In this document: positions 21,395 through 30,659 of the stretch, piece after piece | Numbering within the stretch: the first letter of the stretch is position 1 | Layout of the letters: every line of letters starts with the position of its first letter | Origin: an uncultured Candidatus Rokubacteria bacterium | GTDB taxonomy: Bacteria > Methylomirabilota > Methylomirabilia > Rokubacteriales > CSP1-6 | Reading direction: 5' to 3' | Assembly (NCBI GenBank): GCA_963789955.1 | Contig: CAWBMV010000013.1 | Location: forward strand, 1 to 64,000 | Length of the DNA stretch: 64,000 bases | Notes under the pieces: generated by a model | Databases searched by the model: none | What the model saw: only the letters and a program-made list of their open reading frames with translations | What the model was told of the DNA's origin: nothing | Translations under genes and position numbers: made by a program

Positions 21395-22171
21395 GTGGAG
21401 CTGTTTCACGCGTGGTTCGCGGGCGCGGCGTACCAGAAGCACCGGCACGACACCTACGCCATCGGCCTGACCGACTGCGGCGTTCAGGTCTTCGACTACC
21501 GAGGCGCGACGCGCGTCAGCGCGCCCGGACAGGTCGTCGTGCTCTATCCGGACGAGGCTCACGACGGCCGCGCGGGCACCGGCGAGGGCTTTGGATACCG
21601 GATCGTCTACGTCGAGCCGGTCCAGCTGTCCGAGGCGCTTCGCGCGCTGCGCGGGCGTCCCCATCCTCTGCCGTTCGTGCGCGACCCGGTCTCGACCAAC
21701 CTGACGCTGTCGCGAGCGATCGACGCCGCCTTTCGGCTGCCGATGGAGCCGCTGGCGGCGGACAGCCTGCTCGTCGACCTGGCCTCCGGCCTGCTCGACG
21801 CCGAGCGCGCGGGCCCGTCACCGGCCGGCGCGCCCCGGATCGACGCCGCCGCCGCGGACCGCGCTCGGCGGTTTCTCGACGCCGAGCGAACCCGGGTCGT
21901 GCATTCGGCGGAGCTCGAGTCCGTCACCGGGCTGACTCGCTACGATCTGGCCCGTCAGTTCAGGCACATGTTCGGCACGAGCCCGTACCGCTACCTGCTC
22001 ATGCGCCGTCTCGCCTTCGCGCGGGAGCTGATCCATCAGCAACGCCCGCTCGTCGACGTGGCCTGTGACGCGGGCTTCGCGGATCAGGCGCACTTCACCC
22101 GCGTCTTCCGCTCGGCGTTCGGGCTCACGCCGGCCCGCTACCGCGCGCTGCGAGCCGGCCCGAGGGTATGA
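21395..22171 (+). CDS. AraC family transcriptional regulator; coding region probably begins about 70 nt further upstream
   Basis: HRHDTYAIG cupin arm, PDEAHDG, GFADQAHFTRVFRSAFGLTPARY. Divergent from lysE. Confidence 0.9.
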   Translation: MELFHAWFAGAAYQKHRHDTYAIGLTDCGVQVFDYRGATRVSAPGQVVVLYPDEAHDGRAGTGEGFGYRIVYVEPVQLSEALRALRGRPHPLPFVRDPVSTNLTLSRAIDAAFRLPMEPLAADSLLVDLASGLLDAERAGPSPAGAPRIDAAAADRARRFLDAERTRVVHSAELESVTGLTRYDLARQFRHMFGTSPYRYLLMRRLAFARELIHQQRPLVDVACDAGFADQAHFTRVFRSAFGLTPARYRALRAGPRV

Positions 22172-22848
22172 TTCGTCCCAATGGAGGAACCCCGCATCAA
22201 GTGACGCGAGCCCTCGTCGTCCTGGGCTGTCTCGTCGCGTTCCCGGCAGCGCTGCTCGCCGACGCGCCGCCGCTCGTCACCTGGAAAGGCTGCTCCGATC
22301 TCGGCTGCATGGGGCAGATCAAGATGCGCGTGACGAGGGCGGCGCGCGAGGACGTGGCGGGCACCTACAACTTCTCGGTCTTCACGAACTACGAGGTCTC
22401 GTTCGAGGATCTGTCCGGCTCGCGACCACGAAAGCTCCTGCACTTCACCCAGCCGGACTCGACCTTCCTGTTCTTCGGCGTTCAGGGCGCCGAGGAGGCC
22501 GAGGCGTTCCGCGCCAAGTACCAGACGCGAGTCGCGCGCGTCATGATCCTCGTCCTGCGCCTGATGGCCACGGGCTTTCCGGAGGGCGCCGGCGCGCTTC
22601 CGACGACATGGGACTCGCGGCCGGTGGATCTGGACCGGTCGCGCTTCGAGATAGCGGCGAGAAAGGTCACCGGTGACTCGTTCGCGTTTCGCGTCCAGGG
22701 CCCGGACCACATCGTCGAAGGCGACTGGGGGATCGCGAAGGCGACACCGTGGCCCGACAGCCAGTCGATGGCCGGATGGGTCGCCAGCAACGGCGTGACC
22801 ATTCCGAACATGACACTCGGCGAGCTGCGCCAGCTGCGACGGCGGTGA
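22168..22848 (+). CDS. Hypothetical secreted protein
   Basis: Hydrophobic signal-like segment, coding-like codon usage, ATGA overlap with araC. No family recognised. Confidence 0.6.
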   Translation: MIRPNGGTPHQVTRALVVLGCLVAFPAALLADAPPLVTWKGCSDLGCMGQIKMRVTRAAREDVAGTYNFSVFTNYEVSFEDLSGSRPRKLLHFTQPDSTFLFFGVQGAEEAEAFRAKYQTRVARVMILVLRLMATGFPEGAGALPTTWDSRPVDLDRSRFEIAARKVTGDSFAFRVQGPDHIVEGDWGIAKATPWPDSQSMAGWVASNGVTIPNMTLGELRQLRRR

Positions 22849-22882
22849 TTGCGCCGCCGGAATCACGGCGCTATAAGAGGCC

Positions 22883-23199
22883 ATGACACGATCAATTCCG
22901 TTCGCCGCAGCCCTGCTCGCCGCCGTGCTCCTCGCACCCGCGGCCGGCGCGCAGATCCCGCGCGATGTCGTCGTGGTGGGCATGGGGCTCGATCCCGGTC
23001 AGGCGCTGGGACTTCACACCTTGCGGGTGACCGCCGAGATCTTCGAGACCTTGGTCGCGACGCGTCCCGACAGTACCGAGGTAATCCCCGGGCTCGCGGA
23101 GTCCTGGACCACCTCGCCCGACGGCATGACCTGGACGTTCAGGCTGCGCCGGGGTGTGGCGGCTTCGACCTGCGCGTCGAGCACGTGACGAAGGAGTAG
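22883..23199 (+). pseudogene. Truncated family-5 (Opp/Dpp) ABC substrate-binding protein, N-terminal ~90 aa only
   Basis: Signal peptide, then IFETLV..PGLAESWTTSPDGMTWTFRLRRGV, then abrupt loss of similarity. Confidence 0.75.
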
Positions 23200-23201
23200 G
23201 C

Positions 23202-23723
23202 ATGGACGAGATGAAAGCGGTCGACCTCGGTCAGGTCATGAGCAGCATCCGCGCCTCGGGCCGGCCCAACACAGTCCTGTGGCAGGCGCCCGACAGCATC
23301 GCCTTCGTCGCCCGGGGCCGCGAGTTCCGCAGCGAGTTCCACAGCGATCCGAGCGACGAGGTCATGTATATGATCAAGGGCGACATGAACCTCCACTATC
23401 GGACACCGGAGGGCGACGAGAAGATCGCGCTGATCCGCGAGGGCCAGATCGTCTACTGCCCCGCGGGCACGCCGCATTCTCCGCGGTTCTCTCCCGACGC
23501 CTTCGTCCTCGTCCTCGAGCGCAAGCGCCGGCCGGACGAGAGCGATCGCTTCACCTGGTTCTGCGAGCAGTGCGGCGCTCAGCTCCACCAGAGCGTCAAG
23601 CAGGTCGCCGACTATCGCGAGGACCCGGTATCGCGCGCCTACGAGGAGTTCTACGGCTCGGAGAAGAATCGCACGTGTAGTCGCTGCGGCCACGTCACCC
23701 CTCGCCCACCCGCCAAAGCCTGA
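23202..23723 (+). CDS. nbaC: 3-hydroxyanthranilate 3,4-dioxygenase-like protein
   Basis: RSEFHSDPSDE, PHSPR, rubredoxin-like CEQC...CSRC. AAGGAG RBS. Confidence 0.8.
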   Translation: MDEMKAVDLGQVMSSIRASGRPNTVLWQAPDSIAFVARGREFRSEFHSDPSDEVMYMIKGDMNLHYRTPEGDEKIALIREGQIVYCPAGTPHSPRFSPDAFVLVLERKRRPDESDRFTWFCEQCGAQLHQSVKQVADYREDPVSRAYEEFYGSEKNRTCSRCGHVTPRPPAKA

Positions 23724-23729
23724 AGACGA

Positions 23730-23761
23730 GCGCGCCCCGAGGTGTTCGCCTCGGAGCGCGC
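23730..23761. terminator. GC-rich hairpin between convergent genes
   Basis: GCGCGC-C-CCGAGG-TGTTCG-CCTCGG-A-GCGCGC. No strong U-tract. Confidence 0.45.
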
Positions 23762-23781
23762 GTTGAACCTGTTCGTCTGGT

Positions 23782-24450
23782 CTATCCGCTGAACTTGTCC
23801 GGGAACTGCTTCACGATCGCCTCCGCCAGCGGATCGGCGATCATCTGCATGTGACCGGCCGCGGCGCGTAGCGCGGTGTAGGCGCGCGCCGGGTCCTTCG
23901 ACGCCTGCGCGTCGATGACGGTCTTGAGCGTAACCACGTGGTGCTTCACGAGGTCGGCGACCACCGACTTCGGCAGATTCGGATTCGCCGCGCTCAGGAA
24001 CGCGCCGAAGTCCTGCGTGTAGGCGACGAGATCGTTGACCGCCTTGTCTTGCTTCGTCTTGTCGTTGCTGGCGACACCGACCGTGTAGTCGACGACGAAG
24101 CCGATGTGGCGGCGCCACAGGGGCAGGAACGCCTTCTCGGCGCCCTCACCGTACACGGAGCCGATCGCCTTCGAGATGGCCACGGAGTTGGCGTCGAGCG
24201 CGCCGGCCGCCGCCTTGAACTCCGCCTCGCGCCCGCCGAGCGCCGCGTTGGTCGCGGCACCCGCGAGGTACACGTGCTCCGAGAAGAGGTTGTTGAGGCC
24301 CGCACGGAGCTCGGCCGCCTTGGTCCCGGAGGTCGACGCCGTCGGCATCGACATCGCCCCGTGCCCGGGCTGCTGCGCCATCGATTGCGTGCACCCCGTC
24401 AGCATCACCACGCTCGCTGCCCCCACCCACGCGATAATCTGCTGTTTCAT
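23782..24450 (-). CDS. His-rich helical lipoprotein, family often labelled copper amine oxidase-like; function unknown
   Basis: Own AAAGGAG RBS, lipobox LTGC, motifs LFSEHVYL, LWRRHIGFVVDY and KHHV. Confidence 0.7.
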   Translation of the reverse strand: MKQQIIAWVGAASVVMLTGCTQSMAQQPGHGAMSMPTASTSGTKAAELRAGLNNLFSEHVYLAGAATNAALGGREAEFKAAAGALDANSVAISKAIGSVYGEGAEKAFLPLWRRHIGFVVDYTVGVASNDKTKQDKAVNDLVAYTQDFGAFLSAANPNLPKSVVADLVKHHVVTLKTVIDAQASKDPARAYTALRAAAGHMQMIADPLAEAIVKQFPDKFSG

Positions 24451-24822
24451 CGCTCGCTCCTTTCGTTGGTTGATTCGTTGATTCGAGTTGACGCGGATCT
24501 CGCCGCGCATCGACGGGTGCCGATCGCAGAAATAGGGATAGACACCCGGCTCACTGAACGTGACCGTCGTCGTGGTGCCGCGGCTCGGCAGACGCAGGTC
24601 GAAGCGGCCGCCGCGATGCTCGGGATCACCGGACGTCACCGTGTGCTCGATGTCGTCACGGTTGGTCCACGTGACCGCGGTCCCGGCTCGGACCTCGACG
24701 GCGCCGGGCTGAAACTGGAACACCTGGATATCGACGGCAGGAGTCGGCGCGGCCGACGCGACCAGTGCGGCCACGCTCACGGCCAGCGCGCTACCAGCTC
24801 CGATGATTCCGCGAGCACCCAT
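24451..24822 (-). CDS. Cupredoxin (plastocyanin/amicyanin-like); in frame with the downstream gene as sequenced
   Basis: Signal peptide, VTWTNRDDIEHTVTS, YPYFCDRHPSMRG (type-1 Cu ligands H, C, H, M). Confidence 0.85.
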
Positions 24823-24904
24823 CGCCTGTGTCCTCCTCACCGAGAGCTACGGGTGAGGTGGCGATTTGGATGTCGCGAAGGATCGCTTCGGGCAATCCGC
24901 CCGA

Positions 24905-26302
24905 TTACGCTTCGGGCGGTCGGCGAGCCTTCCAGCTCGTGGCCTGCTCGTAGGCCCAGCCGATGCGCAACGCCGTCGCTTCTTCTCCGGCGTGGCACAG
25001 GATCTGGAGCGAGAGCGGCAGGCCTTCGGCGGAAAATCCGCTGGGGATCGCGAGGCCGCACAGTCCGAGGTAGTTGCCCGGCCGGGTGAAGTGCGCCGAT
25101 GTGCTCGACTGGTCCACGCGATCGATCGGAATCGCGGCGGTCTGCGCGGTCGGCGTCAGCACCGCGTCGACGTCGGCGAGCGCGACGGCGAACTCGCGCT
25201 TGTGCTCCTCGCGCTGTGCCAGCGCTAGAAGATAGTCGCGCGCCGAGATGTTCTTCCCGAGCTGGATGCGCGGCCGCACGTGCGGATCCGTCGGCAGAGC
25301 CGGGTCATCGACCAGGTGGCCGACGAACCGATAGCCCTCGGCACCGATGATCACGCCGGTCGCCGCGGTGTAATCGGCCAGCCGCCGGGGGAAATTGACG
25401 CGGACGACCTGCGCGCCGAGCCCGGCCAGCGCGTTCACCGCAGCGTCGTACGCCGCGAGCACTTCCTTCTCGACCCCGACCCGCTCAGCGTCGGGCAGCA
25501 CGGCCAGCCGCAGCCCCGCGACCCCACGACGCAGAGTCGGCATCGGATCGACTGGTGCCCACGCCAAGGTTTGCGGATCCCGCGGGTCGGCTCCGCTGAG
25601 CACACGATAGATCAGCGCGGCGTCCTCGACCGAGCGCGCCAGCGGTCCCGGCGTATCGAGGGTGGAGCTGAGCGGAAGCACGCCGTAGGTGCTGATCCGT
25701 CCGGCCGTCACCTTGAGCCCGACGATGCCGCACCACGCAGCCGGAATCCTGACGGAGCCGCCCGTGTCGGTGCCGATCGCGACCGGTGCCAGGCCCGCGG
25801 AGACCGCGACACCCGAGCCGCTGGACGAGCCGCCGGGCGTCCGATGAACCGAGAGATCCCACGGATTGCGCGGTGTGCCCATGTGCGTGTTGGTGCCCCA
25901 GCCGCCCATCGCGAACTCGACCGTGTGCGTCTTGCCGAGCACGATCATGCCCGCCCCGATGAGCCGCTCGGCGAGCGTCGCGGTGACCGGCGACACGCGC
26001 TCGGCCCATACCTTCGATCCGCCGGTCGTGACGCGGCCCTGGAGATCGACGAGATCCTTGAGGGCGATCGGGACGCCGTGGAGCGGACCAACACGATGGC
26101 CGGAGCGAATGGCCTTGTCCGCGGCCTCGGCCGCCATCCGCGCCTCGGGCTCGTAGACGGCGATGAAGGCATGCAGGGCCGGATTGCGCCGGCGGATCCG
26201 CCCGAGCAGCGCCTCGACGGCATCGACCGGCGACAAGGTCCTCGCCTCGAACGCGCGGGACAGCTCCGCAACCGACGCCCACACAGGATCGATCGTGGCC
26301 AT
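24905..26302 (-). CDS. Amidase signature family enzyme
   Basis: GPLHGVPIALKD, PGGSSSGS, GTDTGGSVRIPA. Confidence 0.93.
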   Translation of the reverse strand: MATIDPVWASVAELSRAFEARTLSPVDAVEALLGRIRRRNPALHAFIAVYEPEARMAAEAADKAIRSGHRVGPLHGVPIALKDLVDLQGRVTTGGSKVWAERVSPVTATLAERLIGAGMIVLGKTHTVEFAMGGWGTNTHMGTPRNPWDLSVHRTPGGSSSGSGVAVSAGLAPVAIGTDTGGSVRIPAAWCGIVGLKVTAGRISTYGVLPLSSTLDTPGPLARSVEDAALIYRVLSGADPRDPQTLAWAPVDPMPTLRRGVAGLRLAVLPDAERVGVEKEVLAAYDAAVNALAGLGAQVVRVNFPRRLADYTAATGVIIGAEGYRFVGHLVDDPALPTDPHVRPRIQLGKNISARDYLLALAQREEHKREFAVALADVDAVLTPTAQTAAIPIDRVDQSSTSAHFTRPGNYLGLCGLAIPSGFSAEGLPLSLQILCHAGEEATALRIGWAYEQATSWKARRPPEA

Positions 26303-26369
26303 GTGGCTTTCCTCCGGCGGCCATGATCGCCGTGTTGCGTCGTCGGTTCAAGCGGCTTATGGTGGCGGC

Positions 26370-27527
26370 GTGGCGGACACCGCGGAAGTCGTGATCGTCG
26401 GCGCCGGGATCATGGGTGTGAGCACGGCTTATCATCTGGCCCGGCTCGGCGTGGGTCCGGTGATCGTCCTCGAGCGCGACACGGTCTGCTCCGGCTCGAC
26501 CGCGCTCGCGAGTGGCGGCATCCGCCACCAGTATGCGAACCGGCTGGGCGTCGAGCTGACCACGCACAGCATCGTCACCTACGAGCGCTTTCGCGACGAG
26601 TTCGGCGTCGATCCCAATTTCCGCCAGCACGGCTATCTGATCCTGATCGGCAGCGAGGACGAGCTGGCGACCGCGCGGCGCAGCGTCGCGCTCCAGCAGA
26701 GTCTCGGCGTGAAAGTCGAGCTGCTCGACGCCGCGGCGACACGCGCGCTGTGCCCGTATCTCAACACCGGCGATCTGCTGGGCGCCACCTACACGCCGCG
26801 CGACGGCTACGCCGATCCGTATCTGTGCACGACCGCGATCGCCGCCCGCGCGCGCGATCTGGGCGTGACGATCAAACAGCAGCACGAGGTCCGCGGCTTC
26901 ATCCGCGCGGGCGATCGCGTGCTCGGCGTGACCACCACCGCCGGCTCGTTCGAGGCGCGCGCCACCGTCATCGCGACCGGCGCCTGGTCAGGCGTTGTCG
27001 GCCAGTTGGCGGGGGTCGACATCCCCGTGCGCCCGCACCGGCGTCACAAGTTCATGACCGCGCCGTTTCCGGCCTCGCGCATTCCGGCGGCGACGCCGTT
27101 CATCATCGACCCGCACACGAACTTCTCACTGCGCCGCGAAGGCCCTGGGCTCTTGCTCGGTCACGGGCGGCGCGACGAGCCCGACGGCTTCAGCACCGAG
27201 ATCGATCGGAGCCTCGAGCCCGCGCTGATCGAGCGCGCGATCCACCGCGCGCCCGCTCTGGCCGATGCCGAGCTGATGCGGGCATGGGCGGGCCTCTACG
27301 AGATGACGCCGGACCAGACCGGCATCGTCAGCGCCGTGCCCGGCGTCCTGGGCCTGCACGTCATCGCCGGCTTCAGCGGCCACGGCTTCATGCACGGCCC
27401 GATCGCCGGCCAGCTCATGGCCGAGATGCTCGCCCACGGCCGCGCCGTCACGATGGACGCCGGCCCGCTCGACATCGGCCGCTTCGCGCGCGGCGAAGCC
27501 CACGTCGAGCCGCTCACCTTCGTCTGA
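26370..27527 (+). CDS. FAD-dependent oxidoreductase (sarcosine oxidase beta/DAO family)
   Basis: IVGAGIMG, GSTALASGGIR, WAGLYEMTPD, GFSGHGFMHGP. Confidence 0.9.
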   Translation: MADTAEVVIVGAGIMGVSTAYHLARLGVGPVIVLERDTVCSGSTALASGGIRHQYANRLGVELTTHSIVTYERFRDEFGVDPNFRQHGYLILIGSEDELATARRSVALQQSLGVKVELLDAAATRALCPYLNTGDLLGATYTPRDGYADPYLCTTAIAARARDLGVTIKQQHEVRGFIRAGDRVLGVTTTAGSFEARATVIATGAWSGVVGQLAGVDIPVRPHRRHKFMTAPFPASRIPAATPFIIDPHTNFSLRREGPGLLLGHGRRDEPDGFSTEIDRSLEPALIERAIHRAPALADAELMRAWAGLYEMTPDQTGIVSAVPGVLGLHVIAGFSGHGFMHGPIAGQLMAEMLAHGRAVTMDAGPLDIGRFARGEAHVEPLTFV

Positions 27528-27557
27528 TCCCCGCCGCCATGAACGACACGACGCGCG

Positions 27558-28844
27558 ATGGATGAGCCGACTCGCGCGGTGCTGGCGCAGGTCGACGCCC
27601 GTGGGCTGATCGACCTGGCCAGCGATCTCATCCGCATCCCGAGCTTCAAGACCGAAGAAACGCCGGTCGCGCTGTTCCTCGAGAAGCTCTTCCGCGCACG
27701 CGGATACGACGTCGAGCTGCAGGAGATCGAGCCCGGGCGTTTCCAGACGATCGCCACCCTGCGCGGCACCGGCGGCGGGGCGAGCCTCATGCTGAACGGC
27801 CACACCGACATCAACGCGCTCACCCGCCGTTGGAAGCGCGATCCGTGGACACCGAGCCTCGAAGGCGATCGCCTGTACGGCCACGGCGTGCAGAACATGA
27901 AGGGCGGGCTCGCCAGCATCATCATGACCGCCGAGGCCATACGCCGTTCTGGCGTTCGGCTCGCCGGAGATCTCGTGGTCGCCTGCGTCGCGGGCGAGAC
28001 GCAGGGCGGCGAGGGCACGCATTTCCTGATGCAGAGCGGCCTCCGCACCGACGCGGCGGTCGTCGCCGAGCCGTTCGGCGCCGACCACCTGGTCACGGTG
28101 CACTCGGGCATCGTGCACATGGCGATTCACGCGTACGGGGTAACCGGACATATCGGGCGCCTCGAGGGCACGGTGAACGCGGTGCAGAAGATGACGCAGA
28201 TCGTCCGGGCGCTCGAGCACGTCGAGTTCCGCCATACACCGCGACCCGACCTGCCCGCGTTCCCGCGGCTCAATGTCGGCAGCATTCTGGGCGGCCGCGG
28301 CCAGGACTACGTGCTCGTCGAGCCCCCGTACATCCCCGACCTGTGCACGATCCTGGTCGACGTGCACTTCGTGCCGGGGCAAACGGTCGACGGCATCGTC
28401 GCCGACATCCGGCGCGCGCTCGACCCGATCGCGGCGCGCGATCCCGAGCTTCGCTACGAGATCGAGATCCCGCCGCCAGCGAGCTTCAAGGGACGACGGC
28501 GCCTCGTGATGGACCCGTTCGACATGCCGACCGATGCGCCGATTGTGCAGGCGGTCGCGCGGAGCTATCGCGCCGTGACCGGGCGGGAGCCGGCGGCGAT
28601 CGGTACCGTCCTGCCACATTCGTACAGCGCGGACGACACGTGCCATCTCTGGAAGGCCGGCATACCGTGCCTGCTGTACGGGCCCGCGACCATCCGCGGC
28701 AGCGCGGACGAGGATGACGCCTGTGTGCTCGTGAGCGAGATGGAGAAGGTCACGCGGGTGCTGGCCGCGACGGCGGTCGACGTGTGTCAGCGGAAGCCCG
28801 CCGAGCTTGCCGTCCATACATCGATCTCAGGGGGTGACAAATGA
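27558..28844 (+). CDS. M20 family metallopeptidase/deacylase (ArgE/DapE-like)
   Basis: LNGHTD, LYGHGVQNMKGG, GETQGG, VAEP. Confidence 0.87.
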   Translation: MDEPTRAVLAQVDARGLIDLASDLIRIPSFKTEETPVALFLEKLFRARGYDVELQEIEPGRFQTIATLRGTGGGASLMLNGHTDINALTRRWKRDPWTPSLEGDRLYGHGVQNMKGGLASIIMTAEAIRRSGVRLAGDLVVACVAGETQGGEGTHFLMQSGLRTDAAVVAEPFGADHLVTVHSGIVHMAIHAYGVTGHIGRLEGTVNAVQKMTQIVRALEHVEFRHTPRPDLPAFPRLNVGSILGGRGQDYVLVEPPYIPDLCTILVDVHFVPGQTVDGIVADIRRALDPIAARDPELRYEIEIPPPASFKGRRRLVMDPFDMPTDAPIVQAVARSYRAVTGREPAAIGTVLPHSYSADDTCHLWKAGIPCLLYGPATIRGSADEDDACVLVSEMEKVTRVLAATAVDVCQRKPAELAVHTSISGGDK

Positions 28845-29971
28845 GTGTGCGAGCCGCGATCGACAGCAATGGGATCTCCTTCACCACCTGTGACCTGGTC
28901 GTCGCGGCGCACGCGAAAGCTCGAGCGCAGGCGCGCCCGGCGGCCAAAGGGAAGGCGCCGGCGAGAAACGCCGAGCGGCGTGGTGAAGCGAGCACGAAGA
29001 GCCGCCGCCGCGAGGTCGTGATCGGCGGCCGTCGCGTGAAGACGGTCGACGTGCACGCCCATTGCGTGATCCCCGAGGCGTACGCGCTGCTCGGATTGAA
29101 GGTCCAGGACCATCGCGGCCCAGGCATCGACGAGGTGGGCCCCAGGCGCATCGCCGAGATGGACGCGCAAGGCATCGACATGGAGGCCCTCAGCATCAAC
29201 CCGGCGTGGTATCGCGCGGAGCGTGACGTCGTGACGCAGGTGATCAAGGTCCAGAACGAGCGGCTCGCGGAGTTCTGCGGGAAATACCCGGATCGCTTCG
29301 TAGCCTTCGCGTCGGTCGCGCTACAGTTTCCCGACTTGGCGGTCCAGCAGCTCGAAGAAGGCGTGAAGAAGCTTGGACTTCGCGGCGCCGCCGTCGGCGC
29401 GAGCGTCGCGGGCGAGGAGTTCGCCGATCCGAAGTTTCACCCGTTCTGGGCCAAGGCCGAAGAGCTCGGCGTGCTCATCTTCATTCACCCTCAGAGCACG
29501 CCGGATCTCGCCAAGCGGCTCAAGGGCAACGGCTGGCTGGCCAACACGATCGGCAACCCGCTGGACACCACCATCGCGCTCTCACATCTGATCTTCGAGG
29601 GCACCTTGGATCGCTTCCCGCGGCTCAAGATCTGCTCGGCTCACGGCGGTGGCTTCCTGCCGTCGTATGCAGCTCGCTCGGACAACAGCCTGCGCGTCGC
29701 GCCCGACATGGACACCGGCGTCAAGCTGAAGAAGAAGCCGACGGAGTACCTGAAGCAGATGTACTACGACACCCTGGTCTTCACGTCGGAGGCGTTGCGT
29801 CACCTGGCGGCCGAAGTCGGCGTGAGTCAGCTCGTGATCGGCACCGATCATCCGATCCCGTGGCAGGACAAGTCGATCGATCACATTCTCAAGGCGCCGG
29901 GCTTCAGCGACGCGGACCGGCGGAAGATGCTCAGCGAGACGGCGGCGAAGCTGCTGAAGATCAAGCTCTAG
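28841..29971 (+). CDS. Amidohydrolase family protein (ACMSD-like)
   Basis: DVHAH, FIHP, AHGGGFLP, YYDT, GTDHP. Confidence 0.88.
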   Translation: MSVRAAIDSNGISFTTCDLVVAAHAKARAQARPAAKGKAPARNAERRGEASTKSRRREVVIGGRRVKTVDVHAHCVIPEAYALLGLKVQDHRGPGIDEVGPRRIAEMDAQGIDMEALSINPAWYRAERDVVTQVIKVQNERLAEFCGKYPDRFVAFASVALQFPDLAVQQLEEGVKKLGLRGAAVGASVAGEEFADPKFHPFWAKAEELGVLIFIHPQSTPDLAKRLKGNGWLANTIGNPLDTTIALSHLIFEGTLDRFPRLKICSAHGGGFLPSYAARSDNSLRVAPDMDTGVKLKKKPTEYLKQMYYDTLVFTSEALRHLAAEVGVSQLVIGTDHPIPWQDKSIDHILKAPGFSDADRRKMLSETAAKLLKIKL

Positions 29972-29996
29972 GCTCGGCGCCCGAGCGGCGTGATCG

Positions 29997-30575
29997 TCAG
30001 GGCAGAAGCTGGAAGACCGGGATACTCGATCCCGGCGCGGCCAGCGGCGTAACCCGGCCCGAGGCGTCGAGTACTTCGCCGCGACTGTAACGCCAGCCGA
30101 ACGCCGCGGCAGAATCCGCGAGCGGCTCCCGGTACACCTCCAGGACGCGGTCGATCAGATTGAGGACCCAGTAGTCGGGGAGTCCGGCTCGAGCGTAGAC
30201 ACTGCCCTTGCGCTGCCGATCAAGAGCAAGGCTCGACTCGGCCACTTCCACGGTGAGTACCGGACGTGAGGGATGCGCGTGAGCATAGTCGTCCGGCGCT
30301 CCGGGGACGACCGCGACGTCGGGCTCGGGCTCCGACTCGTCGTCGAGCCCGATGGGTCCCTCCGTCCGCACGTCCCATCCCGGCCCGAATGCCGCCTCGA
30401 GCGCCTTCGCGGTTTTGCGGATCGCCGTGTAGTGTGGGGCGCCTTGCGGCTCGGCGACCATGAGCTCACCACCGATGAGCTCGATGGCCTCCCCTGGCTG
30501 GAACACACCCAGATCGATGAGCCTCTCGTACTCCGCCCGCGTGAAGCGTCGAGTCCGAGTCTCGTAATCCACCAT
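29997..30575 (-). CDS. Uma2 family endonuclease-fold protein
   Basis: IELIGGEL, SEPEPDVAV, VEVAESS, YARAGLPDYWVLNL. Confidence 0.9.
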   Translation of the reverse strand: MVDYETRTRRFTRAEYERLIDLGVFQPGEAIELIGGELMVAEPQGAPHYTAIRKTAKALEAAFGPGWDVRTEGPIGLDDESEPEPDVAVVPGAPDDYAHAHPSRPVLTVEVAESSLALDRQRKGSVYARAGLPDYWVLNLIDRVLEVYREPLADSAAAFGWRYSRGEVLDASGRVTPLAAPGSSIPVFQLLP

Positions 30576-30617
30576 CGCGCCCATCGTATCGGCGTGCTAC
30601 GGGACGCGTCAACGTCC

Positions 30618-30623
30618 TATAAT
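30618..30623 (+). promoter_or_regulatory. Consensus -10 box (TATAAT) upstream of the selenoprotein gene
   Basis: Perfect TATAAT in GC-rich DNA, 36 nt before the ATG at 30660, with an AGGAGG RBS in between. Confidence 0.55.
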
Positions 30624-30659
30624 CGACACGCAAGCAAGGAGTCTCCAGGAGGCCACCGC

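Noticed and set aside
24905..26302. Amidase as gatA
   Set aside because: No gatB or gatC adjacent and the context is catabolic.
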